Origin: Alphaproteobacteria bacterium
GTDB taxonomy: Bacteria; Pseudomonadota; Alphaproteobacteria; CALKHQ01
Length of the DNA stretch: 64,000 bases
Assembly: GCA_965227515.1 (NCBI GenBank)
Contig: CBDDFZ010000001.1
Coordinates: 3,424,001 to 3,488,000, forward strand
Reading direction: 5' to 3'
The notes under the pieces were generated by a model that had not been told where the DNA came from, ran no database searches, and saw only the letters and a list, made by a program, of their open reading frames with translations. A program made the position numbers and the translations under genes. Positions 10,543 through 20,707 of this stretch are shown in pieces. Every line of letters starts with the position of its first letter. The stretch's first letter is position 1.

Positions 10543-11046
10543 TTAGTTATGGATCCAGGTCTCGAACTCGTCGACGCTGCCCAGGAAGATGCCGACCATG
10601 TTCTCCATCGCGTCATAGCTGATGCCGCCATAGGCGCTCAGGTCCATGTCCATCACGATAAAATTGTCGGAGTCGATATAGGCGCGGGCAAACCGCCGCT
10701 CCACATTCCACTGGTTGATCAGGTCGAGATAGACCGGGTCACGGCCGGGCCGGAACGCGGCCATCATCAGGATGTCCTCGCACTCGCCGGCGGCATCGCA
10801 ATTGAAGAACAGCACCTGCCCGAAGTCGGCGATGAAGTTCTGGTCGGACATCAGTTCCAGATACGGATCGCCGTAGTCGTCGGTGGAGGCTTCTGAACGG
10901 ACGCCGTATGCCGAAAACGCACCGGCGACGTTGTTCGCGTTCAGCGACTCGGCCAACGCCTGGCTGGCAACGCCAAACACGGCGATGGCTGCGACGGGCG
11001 CAAGCGCCATGCGGGCGACCCGGGATATGGACGACGATACAGACAC
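10543..11046 (-). CDS. Secreted YbjN-domain protein
   Basis: Signal peptide, DDYGDP, F.NC...C and INQWNVERRFARAYIDSD motifs. GTG start after GGGAG. Confidence 0.8.
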   Translation of the reverse strand: MSVSSSISRVARMALAPVAAIAVFGVASQALAESLNANNVAGAFSAYGVRSEASTDDYGDPYLELMSDQNFIADFGQVLFFNCDAAGECEDILMMAAFRPGRDPVYLDLINQWNVERRFARAYIDSDNFIVMDMDLSAYGGISYDAMENMVGIFLGSVDEFETWIHN

Positions 11047-11281
11047 GGTGGACTCCCACTGCTTCGAAGGACATCGGCGCGAACCGGCAATCTGCCAAGA
11101 TTCGCGGCGTGTCACAATGGCCCCGGCTCGCGGCAGGCCGAAGCTATTGACCCCGCGTGCGGAACCATCGCATGCGACGGTCAGCGCCTACGTTCGGCGA
11201 TCTAACGTGGGAAGCGGTTGCGGCGAAAGCGTGGCAACACCCGCCGCGCCTGGATGCAGGACCCTCGGGCCAACCGCACAA

Positions 11282-12892
11282 CTACATCGGTGCGCCGTTG
11301 ACGGGCCCTGCATGCGGGTCGCCACCGCCATTCGGCGTCACGTTGGGAACCGCGGCACCGTTGGGCTGGCCGCCATTGAGACCGTTTTGCGCGGCACTCG
11401 CCCCGTTGCTGCCCGGCAGGCCAACCGCGCTTGTCGGCCCCGCCGCCTCCGCATCCTCGACATAGAGGTTGGACAGGGCGTCGGCCACGCGCTGGGGCGT
11501 GAAACTCGGCGGCACGCCCTCGTACTTACAGGACGCGATGACCTGGTTGATGATGAATTTCGGCTGGTAGGACGCGAGGCCCCGCTTGCCGTCCTGCTGC
11601 AGCGACTCCAGAACCATGTGGAAGTCATCGTCGCTGAGCTCGATGCCGCGGGACTTGGCCACGCCCTCGAATATCTTGCGATAGACCGGCAGCGTCGGGC
11701 CCGGGATGTTCATCTTGTACGGAATACGCCGCAGGAACGCGGGGTCCATCAACTGGCTGGGCTGCAGGTTGGTGGAGAAGATGACCAGAGCGTCGAACGG
11801 AATCTGGAAGCTCTTGCCCGTGTGCAGCTTCAGATAGTCGACCCGGCTCTCCAGCGGCACGATCCAGCGGTTCAGCAACTGCTCCGGTGTCACCAGCTGG
11901 CGGCCGAAGTCGTCGATGATGAAGGTGCCGTTCAGCGCCTTCATGTGCAGCGGCGCCTCATAGAAGCCCGCCTCTTCGCTGTACTTCAGGTCCAGCATCT
12001 CCAGCGACAGCTCGCCGCCGGTGATCACGGTCGGCCGCTGGCACGGCACGAAACGCAGGTCGATCTCCTCGCGCCGAAGCGACTCGGCAATGCGCGCACT
12101 CCCCTGCGCGCTCACCTTGCTCATGTCGAACTGCTGGTGAACGCTGGGGTCGAAGATCTTGATGATCTGCCCTTCCACCTCCACCGCATGGGGAATGAAG
12201 ACCAGGTTCTGGAACATGGTCGCCACCCGCTCGGCGATCGTCGTCTTGCCGTTGCCCGGCGCGCCGTAGAGCAGGATCGAATGCACGGAGTTGACCGCCG
12301 GGCCCAGAACCCGCTCGAGCCAGTCCGGGATCACCAGCGACTTGAACGAGTCGCGGATCGTGTTGACGTCGACCCGTTCGTTGGACAGGCGCTGCGCCAT
12401 GACCTGTTTGGCATAGGCCTCCAGCGGCACCGGCGCCGGCCCGATGTACTGGTTCTGGCCCAAGGCCTCGTTGGCCCGACTGCGGCCGGTGTTGGTCAGG
12501 CTGTAACGCAGCTCCGACCGGCGGATGGAGTTCGCGGTGCCCAGGATCTCGACATATTTCTGCTCGACCGCGATGCCGAGCAGTTCGGAGATGATCTTGT
12601 AGGGCAGCTTCAGCTGGTTGCGCAGACCGCTGGGCGTGTTCTCGCCGGTCGCCAACATCAGCTTCAGCAAGTGCGGGACCAGCCGCGTCTCGGGAATACC
12701 TGTTTCCTCGATGGAATGCGGCATCTGCGGCACCAGCAGCAGGGCCGTCTCCAGCACCTCAGGACTGATCAGACCGAGCGCGAGAAGGTTATCGCCGATC
12801 CGGCCGCCCTCGCTCTTCTGACGCTCGATCGCACGCTCGATATCCTGGGTGGTCACGAAACCGTGAGCGACAAGTGTTTCGCCGAGCAGCAT
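11282..12892 (-). CDS. AAA-family ATPase with N-terminal tandem MshEN (c-di-GMP-binding) motifs
   Basis: N-terminus LLGETLVAHGFVTTQDIERAIERQ-KSEGG-RIGDNLLALGLISPEVLETAL. Walker A GAPGNGKT; Walker B FIIDDFGRQ; DPAFLRRI. Confidence 0.85.
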   Translation of the reverse strand: MLLGETLVAHGFVTTQDIERAIERQKSEGGRIGDNLLALGLISPEVLETALLLVPQMPHSIEETGIPETRLVPHLLKLMLATGENTPSGLRNQLKLPYKIISELLGIAVEQKYVEILGTANSIRRSELRYSLTNTGRSRANEALGQNQYIGPAPVPLEAYAKQVMAQRLSNERVDVNTIRDSFKSLVIPDWLERVLGPAVNSVHSILLYGAPGNGKTTIAERVATMFQNLVFIPHAVEVEGQIIKIFDPSVHQQFDMSKVSAQGSARIAESLRREEIDLRFVPCQRPTVITGGELSLEMLDLKYSEEAGFYEAPLHMKALNGTFIIDDFGRQLVTPEQLLNRWIVPLESRVDYLKLHTGKSFQIPFDALVIFSTNLQPSQLMDPAFLRRIPYKMNIPGPTLPVYRKIFEGVAKSRGIELSDDDFHMVLESLQQDGKRGLASYQPKFIINQVIASCKYEGVPPSFTPQRVADALSNLYVEDAEAAGPTSAVGLPGSNGASAAQNGLNGGQPNGAAVPNVTPNGGGDPHAGPVNGAPM

Positions 12893-13436
12893 GGCTGGCC
12901 ATTTCCCGTATTGGATGTTTGACGACGCCGATCATCACACAAAGGGCTTAACGGAGTTTGACCGTGCCCCGGCAACGCCTGGAAATCTCTTACAATTCAA
13001 TTGGTATTTGCAGTGGTTAATAGAAGCGACGGACGTTTCCCAAAAAACGAGCCGCAAGCAAGCTAGCGAGGAAAGCAGTCCGGCTCTGCTGATCAAACAC
13101 CAATAGAGATTTGCACATATTACGACAAATTCATGAATAACTTGGCATTTTTCCGATTATTCTCTTATGGCGCTGCTTCCAGAGTAAGCGTAGTTAAACA
13201 TTACCATTTTGTTGAAACCAGGAGGTTTCGACAATCTGGTGATCAAAGCCCCGCCGAGCGCCCCCCCCACACGCCGGCGGGGCACTTGATTCTGGGCGCC
13301 GGAATCCCGGCGCGCGGGCGGCGTGAAAAAGTCGCTATGGTTAACCTTCGCGCAATTTGATCGAAATGTTCCGTTAATCCAACTTTGCCACGGTGCCTCC
13401 AGCGAAATCAGCCGACACTGGCTTTGGAGGCCAACC

Positions 13437-13631
13437 ATGGCAAATGTGAACAAGGACGACCGTCTCTCCCAGTTGCGCGAGTTGGAAAACCGCGCGAGCA
13501 TGAACTGGGCGCTGGCCCAGCGCGCCGAGCGCGAGGGTAATGAGGAGCTCGCCTTTCAGCTGGCCGCGATTGCGCGGGAGGCCGACGCGATGGCCATCTC
13601 CCGCCGCGACGGCGCCGCAGTCTGCTACTAG
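13437..13631 (+). CDS. Small helical hypothetical protein (64 aa)
   Basis: GGAGG RBS before ATG, GC-rich codon usage; reads MANVNKDDRLSQLRELENRA... Confidence 0.7.
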   Translation: MANVNKDDRLSQLRELENRASMNWALAQRAEREGNEELAFQLAAIAREADAMAISRRDGAAVCY

Positions 13632-13733
13632 CCCCTCTTTTGAGCGTTTTCGCCGTCTGTACTGCGATCCGCGATTATTCGCATTGAACACATCGCCTTT
13701 CCCGGCCATAGTCGATGTATCGACTCAACAACG

Positions 13734-13749
13734 GAAAGGAGGTGATCCA
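13734..13749 (+). promoter_or_regulatory. Extended Shine-Dalgarno, 16-nt complement of the 16S rRNA 3' end
   Basis: GAAAGGAGGTGATCCA is the reverse complement of TGGATCACCTCCTTTC and abuts the ATG at 13750. Confidence 0.85.
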
Positions 13750-13827
13750 ATGTCTAGCGAATTGCGCGTGGAGCGCTTTGCCCGGGTTCGGACGCAGACG
13801 ACGGAGCAGCCTCTGTTGGCCGTGTAG
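13750..13827 (+). CDS. Small ORF (25 aa) of an rreB/rreR-like small mRNA
   Basis: MSSELRVERFARVRTQTTEQPLLAV*, flanked by the extended SD and an intrinsic terminator. Confidence 0.65.
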   Translation: MSSELRVERFARVRTQTTEQPLLAV

Positions 13828-13872
13828 AATCCAGGATCAGTGATCCAGGGCGCGTTCAACGCCCAATTTGTG

Positions 13873-13905
13873 CGGGGCTGCCGAAAGGCAGCCCCGTTTT
13901 CATTT
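13873..13905 (+). terminator. Rho-independent terminator
   Basis: CGGGGCTGCC-GAAA-GGCAGCCCCG followed by TTTTCATTT. Confidence 0.88.
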
Positions 13906-13933
13906 GCCGGTCACCGCCTGTCCGCAGCCCGCG

Positions 13934-15277
<1,344 letters not shown>

Positions 15278-15328
15278 CTATCGGCGCCCGGCCCGCAACA
15301 ATTGCCCTGCAAGAAATATGTTCGACCA

Positions 15329-15355
15329 TGTCCGGTTTCGGCCCGCCCGTTCGTC
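15329..15355 (+). promoter_or_regulatory. Candidate ECF42-type promoter
   Basis: TGTCCG-N17-CGTC upstream of the MRJP/ECF42 operon. Confidence 0.5.
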
Positions 15356-15392
15356 CTTGTCGGTGTCCGCAACACCCACCGGGAGAGGAACC

Positions 15393-16517
15393 ATGGGCAC
15401 CAACCATTTGCGCATGTTGGCAACCGCCACATCGGCCATAGCCGTTGCCGCCGTCATCTGCGCCATCTCACCAATTGCACGGGCGCAGGACGGCCTGACG
15501 GTCGAGGCTGAACTGGATATGGCGCCGGGCAACCTGACCCATAGCGCCGACGGGCGCACCTTCATCAGCCTGCACCAGCTCTACATGCCGCCGTTCGCTG
15601 TGGCCGAGATCGTCGATGGCGACCCGGTCCCCTTCCCCGATGCAAGCTGGCACGATCCTGCGAGCCCGCCCGACGCGCGGCTCTTCGCCGTGCTCGGCGT
15701 CCAGGTCGACGCCGAGGGCATCCTCTGGATGCTGGACGACGCTGTCGGTTTCGATGCGCAGCCGAAACTGGTCGGCTGGGACCTCGCCGCCAATGCGTTG
15801 CACCAGGTTGTCGACCTGGGTGCCGCGGTCGCCCCGAACAGCTTCTTGAACGATCTTGCGGTCGACCGCACCCATGACGCCGTCTACATCACCGACACGG
15901 CGTTCGGTCCCAATGCGGCGCTGGTTGTGGTGGACCTTACCGCAGGCACCGCAAGGCGCGTGCTGGACAGCCACCCGACCACCATGCCGGAGGATGTCGA
16001 GTTGGCGATCGAGGGAACGCCCGTCAGGTTCATGCAGCCGGACGGCAGCACCGCAAACCCGCGATTCGGCGCCGACGCCATCGCGCTCGACGCGGCGGAC
16101 GAATGGCTCTATTTCGGCGCGCTGTCCGGCACCGCGCTCTATCGGGTCGCGACCGCCGACCTGCGCGACGCAACGCTGGATGACGCTGCGCTCGGCGCGC
16201 GGGTGGAGCGGTTCGCCGACAAGCCGCTCTCCGATGGCATCGCGCTCGATAACGCCGGCAACGTGTACATCACCGACATCGCCGCCTCTGCGATCGGCGT
16301 CATCCACGCTGGCGACCGCAGCTACCGGGTGTTGCATCAAGACAGAGACCTGCTGGCATGGCCCGACGCGCTGAGTTATGGACCGGACGGTCGGATGCAC
16401 GTCTCCAGCACCCAACTGCACCGTTCGCCGGTGCTGAATGGCGGCGAGAATGCCGTGGTGCCGCCGTTCCTGTTGACCTCGTTCGCGTCACTGGCCGAGG
16501 GCACAGTGGGCCGCTGA
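15393..16517 (+). CDS. Secreted major royal jelly/yellow family beta-propeller protein
   Basis: Signal peptide, PGNL, PFPD..W, VLGVQVD, SFLNDLAVD, DGIALD and WPDALS motifs. Confidence 0.85.
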   Translation: MGTNHLRMLATATSAIAVAAVICAISPIARAQDGLTVEAELDMAPGNLTHSADGRTFISLHQLYMPPFAVAEIVDGDPVPFPDASWHDPASPPDARLFAVLGVQVDAEGILWMLDDAVGFDAQPKLVGWDLAANALHQVVDLGAAVAPNSFLNDLAVDRTHDAVYITDTAFGPNAALVVVDLTAGTARRVLDSHPTTMPEDVELAIEGTPVRFMQPDGSTANPRFGADAIALDAADEWLYFGALSGTALYRVATADLRDATLDDAALGARVERFADKPLSDGIALDNAGNVYITDIAASAIGVIHAGDRSYRVLHQDRDLLAWPDALSYGPDGRMHVSSTQLHRSPVLNGGENAVVPPFLLTSFASLAEGTVGR

Positions 16518-16536
16518 ACGGAGGAATTTTGCAGGC

Positions 16537-17769
16537 ATGGACAGTGACGATGCCATCGATGGTATCTACCGCCGGCGCCATGGGCAGGTGCTGGCGGCGG
16601 TCTGGCGCTCGGTAGCACCGGCCGCGCTGACCGAGGTCGAGCCGGTCGTGCAGGATGCCTTCATGCGCGCCATCGAGCGCTGGAGTCGGGACGGCATGCC
16701 GGACAATCCGGTGGCGTGGCTGATCCGCGTGGCACGCAACCGCTTCCTGGACGATGCGCGGCGCCGACAGCGCAGCCCCCAGCCGCAATTGGACACCTTG
16801 CTGCCGGACGCGCCTGCACCAGACGCAACTCTCGGCAGCGACGACATGCTGCAACTGCTGTTCGTGTGCTGCGCCACCGATCTCAGCCAGCCGAGCCGCA
16901 TACTGCTCGCCCTGCGCCATGTCTGCGGCTTGGGCACGGCGGAATTGGCCACACTGTTCTGGACCGACCCTGCGGCCCTGGATCGACGCCTTCGCCGCGC
17001 GCGGCGGGCAGTTGGCACCCTGGACCCCGATGCCGACATGCCGGCGGCCACCATGCGCAGCCACTCCGGCGACGTCATCGCGGTCATCTATGCGCTGCAC
17101 AGCGGCGGTTTCGGCGACGCGGCGGACGATCCGCCGAACGCGGACGTTGTGTGCCGCGAAGCGTTGCGGTTGGCACGCCTTGTCGACGAAAGCCGGCACA
17201 CGGCCTCGCCGCGCAGCGCGGCCCTGCTGGCCCTGGTGCTGTTGACCGGTGCCCGCTTGCCGGCGCGCACCGATGCCGACGGTGCGCCACTGGCACTGGA
17301 CGAGCAGGATCGGAATTTGTGGCGACGCGACTGGATTGCCGAAGGGTTGAGCCTGTTGCCGCGCATCCAACAGGCGCCGCAACCCCATGCCATCGCGGTG
17401 GAATCCGGCATTGCCGCATGCCACGCCACGGCAGCCGACTTCATGACCACGGACTGGGCACGCGTCGCGGCGCTCTACGATGTACTGCGCAGCCTCGACC
17501 CCTCGCCCGTCGTGGCGGTCAACCACGCCGTGGCGGTCGGCCTGGCCGACCGTCCCGAGACAGGATTGGCAATGCTGAGCGCCATTGCCGACGCCGCCAG
17601 CGACGCGGTTCGCCATCAATGGTACGCGGCAAAGGGCTTTCTGCTGGCCCGCGACGGCGATACCGAGGCGGCGATCAGCTCCTATCGCACGGCCCTGGAC
17701 CTAGCGCCGCGCCCGGCACAGCGCGCCGGGCTCGCCAAGCGCCTCAAGGCCCTGGAAGCCGGACCGTAG
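16537..17769 (+). CDS. ECF sigma factor, ECF42 type (C-terminal DUF6596/TPR extension)
   Basis: VQDAF..AIERW..G.PDNPVAWL..VARNR, LLFVCC, EALRLARL, EQDRNLW, TDWARVAALYD and PVVAVNHAVA. Confidence 0.9.
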   Translation: MDSDDAIDGIYRRRHGQVLAAVWRSVAPAALTEVEPVVQDAFMRAIERWSRDGMPDNPVAWLIRVARNRFLDDARRRQRSPQPQLDTLLPDAPAPDATLGSDDMLQLLFVCCATDLSQPSRILLALRHVCGLGTAELATLFWTDPAALDRRLRRARRAVGTLDPDADMPAATMRSHSGDVIAVIYALHSGGFGDAADDPPNADVVCREALRLARLVDESRHTASPRSAALLALVLLTGARLPARTDADGAPLALDEQDRNLWRRDWIAEGLSLLPRIQQAPQPHAIAVESGIAACHATAADFMTTDWARVAALYDVLRSLDPSPVVAVNHAVAVGLADRPETGLAMLSAIADAASDAVRHQWYAAKGFLLARDGDTEAAISSYRTALDLAPRPAQRAGLAKRLKALEAGP

Positions 17770-17778
17770 GTACGGCAC

Positions 17779-18960
17779 CTACTGTGGCGAGTAGACGAGC
17801 CACATGCCGAGCAGTGCGATCATGTCGTCCGGATGCAGGCCGCTGCCCGGGTCGACACGAACGTCGCCGAGGGTTGCAAACGAGACCGGCACCACCGGAT
17901 CGAACGTCAGCGCGACCTCGTCGTCGCGGTAGGCTCCGAAGCCTAGCAGCATCTCGCGCGCGACCGACAGCATGTCCGCCGCCGACCCGTCCGGCGACCC
18001 CAGGTCATTCGCCATTTCACCCAGTGCTTCCAGGCCGTCGGCCACCACCAGGAACGCCGGTTTGCCGCTGGCCGCCATCGCCAGTTCCAAAACCGTGTCG
18101 ACCAGGCCGGCGTCGCGATAGGTCAGCGACGCACTTTGCCACTCGATGAAGTCGACGAACGTCTCGTAGCTACGCATTTGCGGCCCGAACTCGTTCTGCA
18201 TTTCATCGCCGTACATGCCGGATGCGGCAAAGACCATCTGGCCCTGGTTCGAGGCGAACTCCCCGCTGACCTCCACGTCGCCTGTTTCGAGCGATGCGGT
18301 GTAGGTCATATTCATGTCGATGCTGATGTCTCCGACATCCATCAACTGTCCAAGCGCGATGTAGAACAGCTCGGCCGGCAACTCGAAGTCGGTCATGGTC
18401 ACGGAGAACAGCGTCGGCAGCACCCGCTCGCCCACCTCCGGCTGGCGCTCTGCGCCGGACGTGTCCGGGTACCAGTCCGGCTGTTCCATCCGCACGTCGA
18501 TGGCGAGCATGCCATCCGGGCCGAAATCGTAGACCGCATGGCCTTCGATCGACCCAGGCACCCCGTCGTCGATCCGGTAATTCAGAACGATGTCCGCCGA
18601 CAAGCTGTCTTGCGCGAACGGCCAGCGCATGTCGGACTCATACGCGCCCTGCTCGATCAGCAACCCATTGATCTCGATGTCGAGCCACTGCGGCGCGTCC
18701 CCTGACATGATGCTCGCCAGGTCCAGGTCGCCGACGGCGAACCGTTCGGCCGTGACCACGCCGAACTCGGGGATGTCCATCGTGACCTGGTCGAAGACGA
18801 CACGCCCATCGGCGTCCACCGTCTGGCTCTCATAGGCGAGCAGGTCCGGCGGCATCGATTGCAGGATCGGCTGCAGGTCCGCGGGTTCCAAGGCAGCCGC
18901 AGGCCCCGCCAGGCAAACCGTGCCAAGAGCGGCGAGTCGAATGGCGCGCGATCGGACCAT
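17779..18960 (-). CDS. Secreted acidic hypothetical protein
   Basis: Long ORF with Sec signal peptide (AGPAAA) and RBS; no recognised domain. Confidence 0.75.
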   Translation of the reverse strand: MVRSRAIRLAALGTVCLAGPAAALEPADLQPILQSMPPDLLAYESQTVDADGRVVFDQVTMDIPEFGVVTAERFAVGDLDLASIMSGDAPQWLDIEINGLLIEQGAYESDMRWPFAQDSLSADIVLNYRIDDGVPGSIEGHAVYDFGPDGMLAIDVRMEQPDWYPDTSGAERQPEVGERVLPTLFSVTMTDFELPAELFYIALGQLMDVGDISIDMNMTYTASLETGDVEVSGEFASNQGQMVFAASGMYGDEMQNEFGPQMRSYETFVDFIEWQSASLTYRDAGLVDTVLELAMAASGKPAFLVVADGLEALGEMANDLGSPDGSAADMLSVAREMLLGFGAYRDDEVALTFDPVVPVSFATLGDVRVDPGSGLHPDDMIALLGMWLVYSPQ

Positions 18961-19076
18961 GATGTGTTCTCCCCCGATTTCAGGTCGCATCCCGATGGTC
19001 CGGTCGGGACCAAGGCACGCAACCTAGCGACATGGATGCGTCGAAATGATGACAGCCGCGCCCACGTCCGGGCCCG

Positions 19077-19436
19077 TCAGTCCTGCTGCGGGAAGCTGTC
19101 CACACGGCGCAACTCCACGCTACCGCCGACCGCCAGCACCGGGCATTCCTGGGCAAGGGCAAGTGCTGCCGCGTCGTCCGCTGCCTTCACGATGACAAAG
19201 CCGTTGATGAGCTCATGGGATTCGGCGTAGGGCGCCTCTACGGCCAGCCCATCGGGCCGCGTGGTCAGCACCTTTGGCGCCTCCATGCTCAGCCGCCGCA
19301 CCGCCGACAGCGCATCGCGCGCCTGCAATGCCTGGGTCCAGGTCACGAACTGGGCCACCACCTCGTCGATCTGCTCCGGCGAGAAGCCTTCGAGCTGGCG
19401 CGAGGCATCGCGAAAAAACAATGCATATTCATTCAC
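19077..19436 (-). CDS. YCII/DGPF-domain protein
   Basis: EAPYAESHELINGFVIVKA..A..LAQECP....GSVELRRV is a degenerate DGPFAETKE motif. GTG start. Confidence 0.85.
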   Translation of the reverse strand: MNEYALFFRDASRQLEGFSPEQIDEVVAQFVTWTQALQARDALSAVRRLSMEAPKVLTTRPDGLAVEAPYAESHELINGFVIVKAADDAAALALAQECPVLAVGGSVELRRVDSFPQQD

Positions 19437-19465
19437 GACCAATCCCCCTGATATGGCTCCGAACC

Positions 19466-19491
19466 GTCGTGGGCCGCCGCGCACCGCGACA
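19466..19491 (-). promoter_or_regulatory. Candidate ECF42-type promoter
   Basis: Minus strand TGTCGC-N16-CGAC about 30 nt upstream of the DGPF gene. Confidence 0.5.
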
Positions 19492-19581
19492 ATTGGCAAT
19501 TCGACTTTGCATCGCCGCGACGGATTGCTATATAACGCGGCTCCACTGCGGTGTTGAGGCACCTTGCAGCGAGTTTGGTAA

Positions 19582-19657
19582 TCCCCGGTAGCTCAGTTGG
19601 TAGAGCAGGTGGCTGTTAACCACCCTGTCGGCGGTTCGAGTCCGTCCCGGGGAGCCA
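19582..19657 (+). tRNA. tRNA-Asn(GTT)
   Basis: 76-nt cloverleaf with acceptor stem TCCCCGG/CGGGGA, anticodon GTT, GGTTCGAG T-loop and CCA end. Confidence 0.97.
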
Positions 19658-19684
19658 ACCCCACATCCAAGAAATAGTAGCGAC

Positions 19685-20683
19685 CTATTGCGTGGCGGCG
19701 AATGTCTCGTGGTAGACGAACAGCGACGGCGTGCCGCCGGTGTGCATGAACACCACCGACTGGCCCTTGCCGTAGGCGCCGCCGCGGATCAGATCGATCA
19801 GACCCGCCATTGCCTTGCCGGTGTAGACCGGGTCGAGGATCAGCCCCTCAAGACTGGCGCATAGCCGCAGCGCCTCGACCATACCCTCGGTCGGCTGGCC
19901 ATAGGCCGGGCCGATGTAGCTGTCGCGCAGGTCAACGTCTGCATCGGTGTAAGTGCGCGGCACACCGATCAGTTCGGCCGCCTCGGTCGCCAACCGCGCG
20001 ATCTCGGGCTTCAGCACCGAGGGCGGATCGCCAATGCAGATGCCGACGACCGGCACCGCATCGCCGAGCCCGACCATCAGGCCCGCCTGGGTGGCGCCGG
20101 AGCCGGCGGTGACAAAGACCGCATCGACGGCGATCCCCGCTGCCGCGGCCTGATCCGTCAACTCGTGACCGGCCACCACATACCCCAGAGTGCCGAGCGC
20201 GTTCGAGCCGCCGATGGGCACGATATAGGGCCGATGACCGGACGCCCGCACCTCTTCGGCCACCCACGCGAATTCCGCTTCCTGGTCGCTGTCGCCCGGC
20301 ACGATGTGGACCTGGGCGCCCGCCATATGATCCAGCAGCATGTTGCCCGAGCCGAGGTAGAGGTTACGGTCGGGGAACGTCACGCGGTCGACCAGCACGA
20401 CGTGGCAGGCAAGCCCGTAACGCGCCGCCGCGGCCGCCGTCTGCCGGCAATGATTGGACTGCGGCGCCCCCATGGTGATCAGGGTATCCGCATCGGCGGC
20501 GAGCGCATCGGCGATCAGGAACTCCAGCTTGCGGGCCTTGTTGCCGCCCAGCGCCAGTCCCGTCGCGTCGTCGCGCTTCACATAGATGTCCGGCCCGCCG
20601 AGATGCGCGCTCAGGCGCGGCAGCGGCTCCAATGGGGTCGGCAGGTGGCAGAAGTGCGCACGCGGTATCTGGTCAAGCGACAT
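19685..20683 (-). CDS. D-cysteine desulfhydrase / cysteate sulfo-lyase family PLP enzyme
   Basis: KRDD.TG...GGNKARKLE and QSNH motifs. DPVYTGK and HTGG lack the E/L residues diagnostic of ACC deaminase. Confidence 0.88.
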   Translation of the reverse strand: MSLDQIPRAHFCHLPTPLEPLPRLSAHLGGPDIYVKRDDATGLALGGNKARKLEFLIADALAADADTLITMGAPQSNHCRQTAAAAARYGLACHVVLVDRVTFPDRNLYLGSGNMLLDHMAGAQVHIVPGDSDQEAEFAWVAEEVRASGHRPYIVPIGGSNALGTLGYVVAGHELTDQAAAAGIAVDAVFVTAGSGATQAGLMVGLGDAVPVVGICIGDPPSVLKPEIARLATEAAELIGVPRTYTDADVDLRDSYIGPAYGQPTEGMVEALRLCASLEGLILDPVYTGKAMAGLIDLIRGGAYGKGQSVVFMHTGGTPSLFVYHETFAATQ

Positions 20684-20707
20684 GGCGTCCTCACAAATCC
20701 AACCGGC

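Noticed and set aside
10883-12922. Long antisense ORFs (e.g. 10883-12922 +, 26131-28422 +, 33562-35817 -, 48157-50253 +, 61600-63234 -)
   Set aside because: These are shadow ORFs opposite real genes, expected from high-GC codon bias, and show no recognisable motifs.
13734-13749. 16S rRNA gene fragment on the minus strand
   Set aside because: The match is limited to 16-17 nt and the flanks are not rRNA-like; an extended SD explains it better.
19685-20683. ACC deaminase (acdS)
   Set aside because: It has DPVYTGK and HTGG rather than the DPVYEGK and HLGG diagnostic of ACC deaminase.
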